From Acholeplasma sp. (GTDB lineage Bacteria > Bacillota_I > Bacilli_A > Acholeplasmatales > UBA5453), in the NCBI GenBank assembly GCA_036677365.1, contig JAVBWN010000027.1:1-64000 (forward strand): DNA of 64,000 nt, read 5' to 3'. Positions 1-9,428 of the stretch are shown here, one piece after another. The notes under the pieces were generated by a model, which was given only the letters and a program-made list of their open reading frames with translations, made no database searches and was not told where the DNA came from. Each line of letters starts with the position of its first letter. The first letter of the stretch is position 1. The position numbers were made by a program, and so were the translations under genes.

Positions 1-145
1 CCTAAGCGTACATATTTATTTGATATGTAGTCGCTTTAAATAAGACGAGTTAAATCGTTAAGAGGAAATCAAATCATTCTGTAAAGGGTGATTTATTCAC
101 CTCTTTGTTCTTCATTATTTGCGTATTTTTTTCACCGTAAATGAC

Positions 146-174
146 TTTCAATTTAGTTTGTTAAAGCGTATAAT
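146..174 (+). promoter_or_regulatory. Putative sigma-A promoter for the ABC exporter pair
   Basis: TTTCAA (146-151), 17 bp, TATAAT (169-174); RBS-like AAGGAAG before ATG 208. Confidence 0.5.
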
Positions 175-207
175 CATAATGACAACGTTTGGATAAGGAA
201 GAAATTT

Positions 208-1941
208 ATGAAGAAAATCATCAAACATCTTGGCTGGTTCATCTATGCCGAATGGAAACAATATACCATCATGTTCATCCTATTGGTGGGCATTTCAATC
301 ATCGCTTTAGCACCGGCGAAAGTCCTTGGTGAAGCGATCGACGTCATCGTATCATCCCGTTTAACGAAAGAAAGTCTATACTGGCTTGCTGGTTTATTGT
401 TGTTGATTCCCCTGACGCGGTATACCATGTCTTTTGTTTATAACTACATGGTCACCAAAGAAGCACAAAAACTGGCTTACAAATTGAGACAAAAATACTT
501 AAAACACCTCTTTAATATGGATTCTAAATTTTATGAGATGTTTGAGAAAGGCGACTTGATTTCAAGAGTTACTAGTGATTTGGATGCCATCACTCAAGCG
601 GCCACCTCCTTGCTTGAAGGCATCATTTTTAACGTTGGTTTAATCCTTTTTGCCATCATCGTCATGGGAACCACCATCAGCTGGAAGTTGACCCTGATTT
701 CGATTACCATCATGCCGATTGGGATTACGATCCTCAACGTCATCCGAAATCAAAAACGTAAATACATTAAAAAACACCGTGAAATCTACGCGGATATGAC
801 TGAAAAAGTGCTTGAAAGTGTCGAAGGACAAAAAACCATCCGTGCGTATGTACAAGAAGAAAATGATTTAATCAGACAAAATGATGCCATCCATAAAGAC
901 ATTGAATCGTGGCGATATATCGTCAAATACGAAAACTGGTTTACCCCAATGTTTGAGGTCATTTATGGGATTGCTTATATTTTGGCATTTTCATTTGGTA
1001 CGTATTACATCATCCAACAAGAGATGACTTTAGGTGGATTGATTACATTTGTCGCTTATATTGGGCAACTCTATGGGCCAATCACCTCAATTTCTGGAAT
1101 TTTTACACAGATCAACAATGCGCACATTTCAATCGACCGTTTTGATGAAATCATGAACCAAAAACCTGAAGTACACGATGAGTCTGATTCACTGAACATC
1201 ATTGAGTTCAATGAGATTCAGTTTAAAAATGTGACATTCAAGTACCCATTTGATAAACATCCAGTCATTAAAAATATCGACATATCGATTAAAAAAGGTC
1301 AAACGATTGGTATTGTTGGACCGACTGGGGCAGGTAAATCTACCTTAATCCGCCAATTACTCCGTGAATTCAATGTATCCGAAGGTACGATTTTGGTCGA
1401 TGATAAGCCGATCGAGTCTTATAAGATCGAAGACATCCGTAACCTCGTTGGGTACGTGCCACAGTCACACATTTTGTTTAGACGCAGTGTCGATGAAAAC
1501 ATTTTGATTGGTAAACCCAAAGCAACATCTCAAATGTTGGATAAAGCCGTCAAACTCGCAGACTTTGAAAAAGACTTGATGTTTTTACACGATGGTTTGC
1601 ATACGATGGTTGGTGAATCTGGTGTCAGTCTATCGGGGGGACAAAAACAACGCTTGTCCATCGCAAGAGCTTTAATCAAGGACCCCGAAATCTTGATTTT
1701 GGATGATTCATTATCGGCAGTAGATGCGAAAACAGAAGACAACATCATCAACCACTTAAAAGAATTCCGAAAAGGTAAAACCAACATCATCGTTGCGCAC
1801 CGTTTCTCAGCAATCCATGATGCCGACATCATATTGGTCCTTGAATCGGGTCAAATCACCCAACGCGGGACACACAACGAACTCATTCGCCAAGAGGGCT
1901 GGTATAAAGCCCAATTCATTGAGCAAATGACGATGAGGTAG
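208..1941 (+). CDS. Heterodimeric ABC multidrug exporter subunit (BmrC/YheI-like), TMD+NBD
   Basis: 6 TM helices; Walker A GPTGAGKS; signature LSGGQ; degenerate Walker B LILDDS. Confidence 0.9.
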   Translation: MKKIIKHLGWFIYAEWKQYTIMFILLVGISIIALAPAKVLGEAIDVIVSSRLTKESLYWLAGLLLLIPLTRYTMSFVYNYMVTKEAQKLAYKLRQKYLKHLFNMDSKFYEMFEKGDLISRVTSDLDAITQAATSLLEGIIFNVGLILFAIIVMGTTISWKLTLISITIMPIGITILNVIRNQKRKYIKKHREIYADMTEKVLESVEGQKTIRAYVQEENDLIRQNDAIHKDIESWRYIVKYENWFTPMFEVIYGIAYILAFSFGTYYIIQQEMTLGGLITFVAYIGQLYGPITSISGIFTQINNAHISIDRFDEIMNQKPEVHDESDSLNIIEFNEIQFKNVTFKYPFDKHPVIKNIDISIKKGQTIGIVGPTGAGKSTLIRQLLREFNVSEGTILVDDKPIESYKIEDIRNLVGYVPQSHILFRRSVDENILIGKPKATSQMLDKAVKLADFEKDLMFLHDGLHTMVGESGVSLSGGQKQRLSIARALIKDPEILILDDSLSAVDAKTEDNIINHLKEFRKGKTNIIVAHRFSAIHDADIILVLESGQITQRGTHNELIRQEGWYKAQFIEQMTMR

Positions 1942-1944
1942 CCC

Positions 1945-3930
1945 ATGAAAACCATGAAAAAAGTATGGCGCTACATCGCCAAATATAAAAAATATTTAAC
2001 CATCAGCATCACAGCGATGGTGATTGTTCAAGTATTGGGTCTGTTCGCCCCTCTCATTGTTAAATCCATTTTAGACGATTACTTAACTGGGATTGAACGT
2101 CCTTGGTATCAAACAGGAGAACAAAGCGGCATTTTATATGAGGGTCATTACTACACCCAAGATGAGGTTTCTGAGGATGTTCTGTCGGTCATCATTTATG
2201 AAGGTAAGTATTACGCCATCATGGATATTGTGGAAATCGGTACGAAATCCATCGATGGACAAACATTGACGGTTAGAAATAATCAAGGCGAAGTGTTCAC
2301 CTATGATATCACCCGCTTGAGTAAAACCGAAGTGCTTTCGTTCTATCAGCCATTCATCAACCCAATCATCATTTTATTGATTTTACTCATCGTACGGTTC
2401 TTCCTACAAATTTTATTTACCTACATTCAACGTATTTCAACGATGATGATCAACGTCAATATCGTCAGAGATGCCCGTTTGGACGCGATTAAATCGCTTC
2501 AAAAGATGCCTATGAATTACTTTGAAAAAGAACCCGCAGGCAAAATTGCCAACCGAATCATCAACGATGTTGGTGGGATGATGAACTTATTTTCCACCAT
2601 CATGAACTTGTTGGTAAATGCTACGATGGCCATTGTATTTGCTTATATCGGGATGTTTTATCTCGATGCGAGACTGGCCTTAATCACCTTCGTCATCTTC
2701 CCATTTGTTTATATTTGGTTGCGATACTTCATTAAGAAACTCAATATCATCGCCGTCAAAGTCAATGAACAAAACTCGATGATTACCGCGAACCTAAATG
2801 AAATCATCAATGGCATATCTGTGTTACAAATATTCAATTTTGAAGCCCAAACCTCAGAAAAATTCAATCAATTGTCTGAAGATTTCTTGAAAGAAAAACT
2901 CAAAGAAACCAAACTCCACTTGTCGATTGGTTGGAACATGATACGATTGATTGGTCAATTGGTAACCGCCTTTGTCATTTTATATTTCGGTATTTCTTAT
3001 ATGAATATTGCTGGATTTGTGGTCACTGCAGGGGTGATTTACGCCTACAATGATTATTTATCGCGATTGATTGAACCTGTGGGTACATTGTTTAGAGAAA
3101 TTGGGAACTTACAACACGCCATCGTGCGTACAGAACGTTTGTTCGTAATCATCGATGGTGAACAAGAGGACAGCGATTTTCATCCAATTGACCGTTATCA
3201 AGGCAAAATCGTCTTTGACAATGTTTGGTTTGCTTATGAAAAAAATAACCCCGTATTGAAAGGGATTGATTTGAACATTGAACCAGGTCAAATGGTCGGA
3301 TTGGTTGGGCATACGGGCTCTGGTAAAACCTCGTTGATGAGCTTATTACTCCGTTTTTATGACATCAAACCCGATGATATGGGCAATATCTACATTGATG
3401 ATCAAGACATTAGAACTTATAGTAAACGGACTTACCGTCAACACATCGGCATCATTCTCCAAGACCCTGTGTTATTTAAAGGCACGATTGCTGATAACAT
3501 TCGCTTTGGCGTAGATATCAGCGACGCTGAAATTGAACGAATTCTTCGGGAAATTGGTGGCGATAAACTCTTGGATAAACTTGAAGATGGGATCCATTCA
3601 AAAGTCTCTCGTCAGGGCAGCAACTTCTCGGTGGGTGAAAAACAAATCATCTCATTCGCACGGGCAGTGGTTCATAACCCATCGATTTTGGTGATGGATG
3701 AAGCGACCGCGAATATCGATACTGAAACCGAAGTGATGATTCAAACTGCACTCAATAAAGTCAAAGTGGGTAGAACCACCATCGTCATTGCGCACCGCTT
3801 ATCAACGATTAAAAATGCCGATAAGATTGTTGTTTTAGAAAAAGGGATCAAAGTAGAAGAAGGCAATCACAGCGCGTTACTCGAAAAAAATGGGGTTTAC
3901 GCCAATATTTATCGTTCCCAAATCAAATGA
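1945..3930 (+). CDS. Heterodimeric ABC multidrug exporter subunit (BmrD/YheH-like)
   Basis: Large extracellular loop after TM1; Walker A GHTGSGKT; non-canonical signature FSVGEKQ; Walker B LVMDEAT. Confidence 0.9.
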   Translation: MKTMKKVWRYIAKYKKYLTISITAMVIVQVLGLFAPLIVKSILDDYLTGIERPWYQTGEQSGILYEGHYYTQDEVSEDVLSVIIYEGKYYAIMDIVEIGTKSIDGQTLTVRNNQGEVFTYDITRLSKTEVLSFYQPFINPIIILLILLIVRFFLQILFTYIQRISTMMINVNIVRDARLDAIKSLQKMPMNYFEKEPAGKIANRIINDVGGMMNLFSTIMNLLVNATMAIVFAYIGMFYLDARLALITFVIFPFVYIWLRYFIKKLNIIAVKVNEQNSMITANLNEIINGISVLQIFNFEAQTSEKFNQLSEDFLKEKLKETKLHLSIGWNMIRLIGQLVTAFVILYFGISYMNIAGFVVTAGVIYAYNDYLSRLIEPVGTLFREIGNLQHAIVRTERLFVIIDGEQEDSDFHPIDRYQGKIVFDNVWFAYEKNNPVLKGIDLNIEPGQMVGLVGHTGSGKTSLMSLLLRFYDIKPDDMGNIYIDDQDIRTYSKRTYRQHIGIILQDPVLFKGTIADNIRFGVDISDAEIERILREIGGDKLLDKLEDGIHSKVSRQGSNFSVGEKQIISFARAVVHNPSILVMDEATANIDTETEVMIQTALNKVKVGRTTIVIAHRLSTIKNADKIVVLEKGIKVEEGNHSALLEKNGVYANIYRSQIK

Positions 3931-3948
3931 TGTAAACGTTACATAGAT

Positions 3949-3975
3949 AACCGTCTATTTATAGGCGGTTTTTTT
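3949..3975 (+). terminator. Rho-independent terminator
   Basis: AACCGTCTAT-tt-ATAGGCGGTT stem (one G-U pair) followed by a T run. Confidence 0.8.
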
Positions 3976-3976
3976 A

Positions 3977-4005
3977 TTGACATCATACGCATGACGGTCT
4001 ATATT
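3977..4005 (+). promoter_or_regulatory. Sigma-A promoter for the CoA-disulfide reductase fusion
   Basis: TTGACA (3977-3982), 17 bp, TATATT (4000-4005); GGAGG RBS downstream. Confidence 0.75.
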
Positions 4006-4028
4006 AAAGATTTGGAGGGATACGTTAT

Positions 4029-6482
4029 ATGTCCAATAAAATTGTCATTGTGGGTGGTGTCGCCGGCGGCGCAACCACTGCAGCACGTTTGCGCAGACTC
4101 GATGAATTTGCCGATATCATCCTTTTAGAACGCGGCGAATACATCAGTTTTGCGAACTGTGGTTTACCTTATCATGTGGGCGGTGTGATTGAATCTAGAG
4201 ACGCGTTGGTCGTCCAAACCGTGGCTGATATGAAGAAGAAGTTCAATATCGATGTGAGAAACTTCAGTGAAGTAATCAAAATCGATACCGGTTCGAAAGT
4301 GGTCCAAATTAGGGATGTTCAAACCAACCGTGTGTACACCGAAACATACGATAAACTGGTGTTATCGACAGGTTCAGTACCTGTAAAACCGAGAATTCCC
4401 GGGATAGAAACCGCGAAAACCTTATTTACATTGAGAAACATTCCAGACATGGATCAAATCATTTCATTCATCCAAAAAGAACAACCGAAACACGCGACTG
4501 TCATCGGTGGTGGGTTCATTGGGATTGAAATGATGGAAAATTTACATCATTTGGGTTTGAAAGTCACGTTGATTGAAATGGCCCCACAAGTCATGGGGAT
4601 GTTCGATTTTGAAATGGCTCAAATTATCCATCAAGGGATTGCCGACCAAGGGGTAGAACTCCTCTTGAATGATGGGGTCAAATCATTTGACCAAGCAGGC
4701 AAACAAATCACTTTGTCTTCAGGTAGAGTTGTTCAAACCGATTTAATCATCTTCGCGATTGGTGTTAGACCTGACAATGCCTTAGCCAAAGAGGCTAATT
4801 TAGCCTTATCAGATCGGGGTTCGATTAAAGTCAATGAATACATGCTGACATCCAACCCGGACATATACGCCATTGGCGATGTCGTTGAAGTGCCAAACCG
4901 CGTCTCTAATCAAATGATGATGGCAGCACTGGCAGGTCCAGCCAACCGTCAAGGGCGAATTGTAGCCAACCATATTTGTGGAATTATAGAAGCATACCAG
5001 GGCACACTTGCGACCTCAGCAGCGAAAATTTTCAATCAAACCGTCGCTTCAACCGGCTTAAATGAGAAACAAGTCAAAGCGTTAGGGTTCAACTATAAAG
5101 TATTACACATCCATCCTTCTAACCATGCGTCGTATTACCCAGGGTCTGAACCGATTTCATTGAAAGTCTTATTTAACCCAGATACCGAAGAGATCTATGG
5201 GGCACAAGCCATCGGTGGCGATGGTGTTGACAAGCGTATCGATGTGATTGCTACAGCCATGTATGCAAAAATGAAGATTACCGATTTGAAAAATATCGAC
5301 CTTGCTTACGCACCACCGTATTCATCGGCCAAAGATCCAGTGAATATGGTAGGTTATGTCGCAGAAAACATGATTAAAGGCCTCACCCAAGTGGTGACAT
5401 GGGCAGAGATTCAAGAACTCGCTTCCAAAGGGGCCTATATTCTAGATATCCGTGAACACCAAGAAGTATTGATCCATTATTTGTCGGGTTCTGTGAATAT
5501 CCCATTGTCAGAACTACGTGCACGGTTGGCAGAATTGCCTCAAAATGAAACGATTTATGTGTATTGTCAAGTAGGCACACGGGGTTACACTGCCCAACGT
5601 ATCCTCACACAACACGGCTTCAAAGCCATCAACCTCGATGGTGGTTTCAAATCATTTTCCTGCGTATTTGATGAAAATGGCAGTCAAGTTTGTTTCTTTC
5701 CAGTCAACGAATTGGGCGACCCTGTCATCGCGCCTATAGGAAAAGTAGAAACATCGAATAAAGAAATGGTGATCGTGGACGCGTGTGGTTTACAATGTCC
5801 TGGTCCGATCATGAAAGTCTATCAAACGATGGAAACCATGAAGCCAGGTGAAGTTTTAGAAGTCAAAGCGTCTGACCCAGGTTTCATGAAAGACATTCAA
5901 ACGTGGGCAAACAAAACAGGCAACACGTTAATCCACATAAACAAAGATAACAAAACCATCACGGCGAAACTTCAAAAAGGTAAACCTGTGAAAAACGAAA
6001 AAGAAGATCCAAAAAATGGATCAACCATCGTGGTATTTTCTGAAGATTTGGACAAAGCCATCGCTGCTTTTATCATCGCCACAGGTGCGAAATCGATGGG
6101 TAAAGAGGTCTCCTTGTTCTTTACATTCTGGGGTCTCAATATCTTAAGAAAACCAAAACATACCAAAGTGAAGAAATCATTCATTGAGAAGATGTTTGGC
6201 TTCATGATGCCAAAAGGTACCGAAAAACTGCCGATTTCCAAGATGAACATGCTTGGCATGGGACCTAAGATGATCCGTTATATCATGAAAAAGAAAAATG
6301 TCGATTCACTTCAAACATTGATGAAAAATGCCATGGATATGGGCGTCAAAATCACCGCTTGTGCGATGTCAATGGACATCATGGGGATCAAAAAAGAGGA
6401 ACTCATGGATGGCATTGAAATCGCTGGGGTGGCTACCTATTTAGGCGATGTCCAATCTGCGAACCACAATCTATTTATCTAA
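4029..6482 (+). CDS. CoA-disulfide/persulfide reductase fused to rhodanese, TusA/SirA and DsrE2-like domains
   Basis: GGVAGG FAD motif; SFANCGLPY redox Cys; GGGFIG; LAYAPPYS; rhodanese loop YCQVGTRG; TusA motif CGLQCPGP; DsrE2 motifs FFTFWGL and ACAMSMDIMG. Confidence 0.9.
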   Translation: MSNKIVIVGGVAGGATTAARLRRLDEFADIILLERGEYISFANCGLPYHVGGVIESRDALVVQTVADMKKKFNIDVRNFSEVIKIDTGSKVVQIRDVQTNRVYTETYDKLVLSTGSVPVKPRIPGIETAKTLFTLRNIPDMDQIISFIQKEQPKHATVIGGGFIGIEMMENLHHLGLKVTLIEMAPQVMGMFDFEMAQIIHQGIADQGVELLLNDGVKSFDQAGKQITLSSGRVVQTDLIIFAIGVRPDNALAKEANLALSDRGSIKVNEYMLTSNPDIYAIGDVVEVPNRVSNQMMMAALAGPANRQGRIVANHICGIIEAYQGTLATSAAKIFNQTVASTGLNEKQVKALGFNYKVLHIHPSNHASYYPGSEPISLKVLFNPDTEEIYGAQAIGGDGVDKRIDVIATAMYAKMKITDLKNIDLAYAPPYSSAKDPVNMVGYVAENMIKGLTQVVTWAEIQELASKGAYILDIREHQEVLIHYLSGSVNIPLSELRARLAELPQNETIYVYCQVGTRGYTAQRILTQHGFKAINLDGGFKSFSCVFDENGSQVCFFPVNELGDPVIAPIGKVETSNKEMVIVDACGLQCPGPIMKVYQTMETMKPGEVLEVKASDPGFMKDIQTWANKTGNTLIHINKDNKTITAKLQKGKPVKNEKEDPKNGSTIVVFSEDLDKAIAAFIIATGAKSMGKEVSLFFTFWGLNILRKPKHTKVKKSFIEKMFGFMMPKGTEKLPISKMNMLGMGPKMIRYIMKKKNVDSLQTLMKNAMDMGVKITACAMSMDIMGIKKEELMDGIEIAGVATYLGDVQSANHNLFI

Positions 6483-6486
6483 AAAC

Positions 6487-6521
6487 AAAACGTCAAACCT
6501 TTGTAGGCTTGACGTTTTTTT
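6487..6521. terminator. Bidirectional terminator between convergent genes
   Basis: AAAACGTCAA...TTGACGTTTT inverted repeat flanked by A and T runs. Confidence 0.85.
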
Positions 6522-7607
6522 TCATGAAAATTTGTCGTAGAAGACGTTGTGTTGTTTGATTTCGTGTTTGTTCAAGACTTTGATGCACGCATTGATCATG
6601 CCTGGTGAACCGCACAAATAAGCTTCGGCTTCGGTAAGATCACCTGTCAAACGGTCGACCACATTGGTAATTAAGCCTGTTTCACCTGTCCAGTTATCTT
6701 CAGGAAGTGGTTCTGAAAGTGCTGGAATGTATTCAAAGTTAGGAAATTCTTTTTGAAGGGCTTCAAATTCTTCGGTCATATATAAATCGCGTTTTGATTT
6801 CGCGCCGAAGAAGTATTTCACTTTACGGTGCATACCACGATCTTTAAGGTAATACAAAATGCTGCGAATTGGGGCTTTACCAGACCCACCTGCGATGCAG
6901 ATCATATCGCGGCTTGATTCCTCTTGTAAGTAGAAATCCCCAAATGGCCCTGTCAATGTGATTTTGTCACCGACTTGAAGTGCCTTATGAACGAACGTGG
7001 TCGCTTTACCATTAGGTACTTGACGGATGATGAGTTCGATTTCTTCTGGATTTGCAGGGTTTGAAGCAATCGAATAGGCTCGAATCACGTCGATGCCAGG
7101 CACAACAATTTGAGCAAATTGACCGGGTTTAAAGTTCATCACTTTAGGGTCAATCAGTTTGAATTTCACCAGTTTGATATCATAGGTTTGATCGATGATC
7201 GATACGACTTTAGTCTTATACGATTTCGCGTTCAACAGTTGTTTTGGAATTTCGATTTTCATGTCGTCTTTGACTTTGACTTGACAGGATAATCTTACCC
7301 CATTTTCTTTTTCTGAAGGGGATAAGAAGGGCAATTCTGTGGGTTTGACTTCTCCGCCACCTTCAATTAAGCGGAATTTGCAGGTACCGCAAGTGGCTTT
7401 ACCCCCACAAGCGGATGGCAAATAAATCTTTTGTTCGGATAATGTATTCAAAACAGTATCTTCATTTTTCACAGGGACGATGATTTCATCGTTGATCATG
7501 AGGATTTTTTCTTTTCCGCCGCCGAGTAATTTATCGACAACGATGAGCAGTAGGGTAATGACCATCAATACCCCAACTAAGATGATTGGTACAAATATAT
7601 TCATCAT
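6522..7607 (-). CDS. NqrF-like membrane-anchored [2Fe-2S]/FAD/NAD(P)H oxidoreductase
   Basis: N-terminal TM helix; CGGKATCGTC and RLSCQ (2Fe-2S); RAYSIAS (FAD); GGSGKAP and YLCGSPGM (NAD). Confidence 0.85.
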   Translation of the reverse strand: MMNIFVPIILVGVLMVITLLLIVVDKLLGGGKEKILMINDEIIVPVKNEDTVLNTLSEQKIYLPSACGGKATCGTCKFRLIEGGGEVKPTELPFLSPSEKENGVRLSCQVKVKDDMKIEIPKQLLNAKSYKTKVVSIIDQTYDIKLVKFKLIDPKVMNFKPGQFAQIVVPGIDVIRAYSIASNPANPEEIELIIRQVPNGKATTFVHKALQVGDKITLTGPFGDFYLQEESSRDMICIAGGSGKAPIRSILYYLKDRGMHRKVKYFFGAKSKRDLYMTEEFEALQKEFPNFEYIPALSEPLPEDNWTGETGLITNVVDRLTGDLTEAEAYLCGSPGMINACIKVLNKHEIKQHNVFYDKFS

Positions 7608-7614
7608 GACCCTC

Positions 7615-8196
7615 CTATATGCTTGCCAAGCCGGTCAAGCCAATGAATGCAAGTGCTAGGATACCAAGTAGTACGAACACGATACCTTTGCCTTTAAGAC
7701 CTTTAGGGACATCGGCATATTTCGCCATTTTTTCTCTTAATCCCGCGATCAATACGATGGCTAGCATCCACCCTAAGGAAGAACCAAAGGAGAAGACGGC
7801 AGTTTCACTGAAAGTGTATTCTCTGTTGACAAAGAATAACGATACAGCAAGAACCACGCAGTTTACGGTAATCAAAGGCAAGAATATCCCAAAAGCGTTG
7901 TATAGTTTTGGTACAAACTTTTCCATCAATAGTTCTAAAATTTGAACGGTAGCTGCAATCGTAATGATGAATACCAAAAGCGCAAGCGATGTGGTTTCGG
8001 TTTGTTTCAATAATTGGTAAATTGGGTAATTGATGATCCCTGTCAAAGTAACCACGATGACAACAGCAATCCCCATGCCTTTCGCGTTTTTAACGCTGGT
8101 TGAAATGGCAATCAGTGGACACATCCCTAAAATATACACCAATGCGATGTTATGATTTAAAATCGTTGCAATAAAAATTTCAATGAGTCTTTCCAT
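7615..8196 (-). CDS. NqrE/RnfA-family membrane subunit
   Basis: LGMCPLIAIS and GIFLPLITVNC conserved-Cys motifs; 6 TM. Confidence 0.9.
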   Translation of the reverse strand: MERLIEIFIATILNHNIALVYILGMCPLIAISTSVKNAKGMGIAVVIVVTLTGIINYPIYQLLKQTETTSLALLVFIITIAATVQILELLMEKFVPKLYNAFGIFLPLITVNCVVLAVSLFFVNREYTFSETAVFSFGSSLGWMLAIVLIAGLREKMAKYADVPKGLKGKGIVFVLLGILALAFIGLTGLASI

Positions 8197-8201
8197 ATTA
8201 T

Positions 8202-8828
8202 TTAAGCCTCACTCTCATAGAATTTGAGCCATTCACGAATGCCCCAAATGAACAACGCGATGACGAAGAATCCGCCTGGTGCTAATGCCATGATGGACCA
8301 ATTGGTAAAGCTTGCTGGCATCACTCTGAAACCTAAAATCGTACCGAAAGCTAGCGATTCACGAATGATGGAAACAACCACCAATACAAATGTATATCCC
8401 ATACCCGCAGCGAATCCATCGACTAAGGAGTATTTCACAGGGTTTTTAACCGCATAAGCTTCAGCACGTCCCATGACGATACAGTTGGTGATGATTAAGC
8501 CAACATACGCACCCAATTGGGCAGCGATGATTGGAAAATAGGCTTCAAGCGTCATTTGTACCAAGATAACAAAGGTAGAAATAACCACCATGTAAGTGAC
8601 CATTCTCAACTTACCTGGGATCAATTTACGCAAAGAGGAGATAAAAGCACTCGATGCCATGACGACAAAGGTGACCCCTAAACCCATCGCGATGGCATTT
8701 TCAACTTTGTTCGATACCGCAAGCGAGGAACAAATCCCTAAAACTGTAACCACGATGGGGTTATTGACAGAGATGCCGTCTTTTAAAATATTGAACCATT
8801 TTTTATATTTAAGTCGTATGAGTTTCAT
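8202..8828 (-). CDS. NqrD/RnfE-family membrane subunit
   Basis: NNP..VLGICSSLAV; GLIITNCIVMGRAEA; LAPGGF. Confidence 0.9.
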   Translation of the reverse strand: MKLIRLKYKKWFNILKDGISVNNPIVVTVLGICSSLAVSNKVENAIAMGLGVTFVVMASSAFISSLRKLIPGKLRMVTYMVVISTFVILVQMTLEAYFPIIAAQLGAYVGLIITNCIVMGRAEAYAVKNPVKYSLVDGFAAGMGYTFVLVVVSIIRESLAFGTILGFRVMPASFTNWSIMALAPGGFFVIALFIWGIREWLKFYESEA

Positions 8829-8831
8829 ATA

Positions 8832-9428
8832 TTATACCCCCACCAAATCCCATTTAGCCTTAAACGCTTCATAGGTTGTATTTAGGATTTCCATAAATTT
8901 TTCAGACGTTCTTGTCCCACCTGTGATGGCGTCAACTTCGTTGGCTAAATTGTCTTCTTGAGCATGGCGAATGATGATGTATGGGGAAGCGGTATCAAAT
9001 ACCGTGCCAATGTAGGTATCTAAATACCAACGTTCAGCGACCACACCACCCAAACCAGGGGTTTCGGATTGTTCCAAAATACTGATATTAACGACCGTTC
9101 TAAAATCACTTTCGAAGGTAATGACGCCACGAATTGTGCCCCAAACCCCACCACCAGTGAAGATGTATGAAATTTGTCCCGTACGATTGTCAACATAGAA
9201 GGTATCTTCGCCTTCATACTGAATGACATTGATTTCAGTTTCAAAAATATCGTGGATATTGTTTAAATTGTAGCTGATATCATACGCATCTAAAATGGCC
9301 GATTTGATGCTCGCTTCTTTGTTTAATGCGATTCTGTCTTTGGTGAGTAAATCCATCCCCACCAATAAACCCGAAGTGACACCACCAAGAATGATGACGA
9401 ATAACATCATGCGGATGTATTGTTTCAT
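8832..9428 (-). CDS. NqrC/RnfG-family FMN-binding (flavinylated) subunit
   Basis: N-terminal TM; GVWG; ETPGLG; VDAITGGTRTS flavinylation-type motif. Confidence 0.88.
   Translation of the reverse strand: MKQYIRMMLFVIILGGVTSGLLVGMDLLTKDRIALNKEASIKSAILDAYDISYNLNNIHDIFETEINVIQYEGEDTFYVDNRTGQISYIFTGGGVWGTIRGVITFESDFRTVVNISILEQSETPGLGGVVAERWYLDTYIGTVFDTASPYIIIRHAQEDNLANEVDAITGGTRTSEKFMEILNTTYEAFKAKWDLVGV

Noticed and set aside
1..120. Possible gene end or structured RNA (hairpin AAAGGGTGA/TCACCTCTTT at 83-106)
   Set aside because: Too little context; the hairpin is weak and matches no family I recognise
141..164. Mini-ORF MTFNLVC upstream of the BmrCD-like exporter, as a possible BmrB-type leader peptide
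   Set aside because: It lies upstream of the predicted -10, has no RBS, and no attenuator hairpin precedes ATG 208
3931..3943. TGTAAACGTTACA cre-like near-palindrome
   Set aside because: One base short of the 14-bp cre spacing and upstream of a terminator; not supportable
3985..4002. Possible CsoR/CstR operator in the reductase promoter spacer
   Set aside because: Lacks the C-tract/G-tract symmetry, and no such regulator gene is nearby
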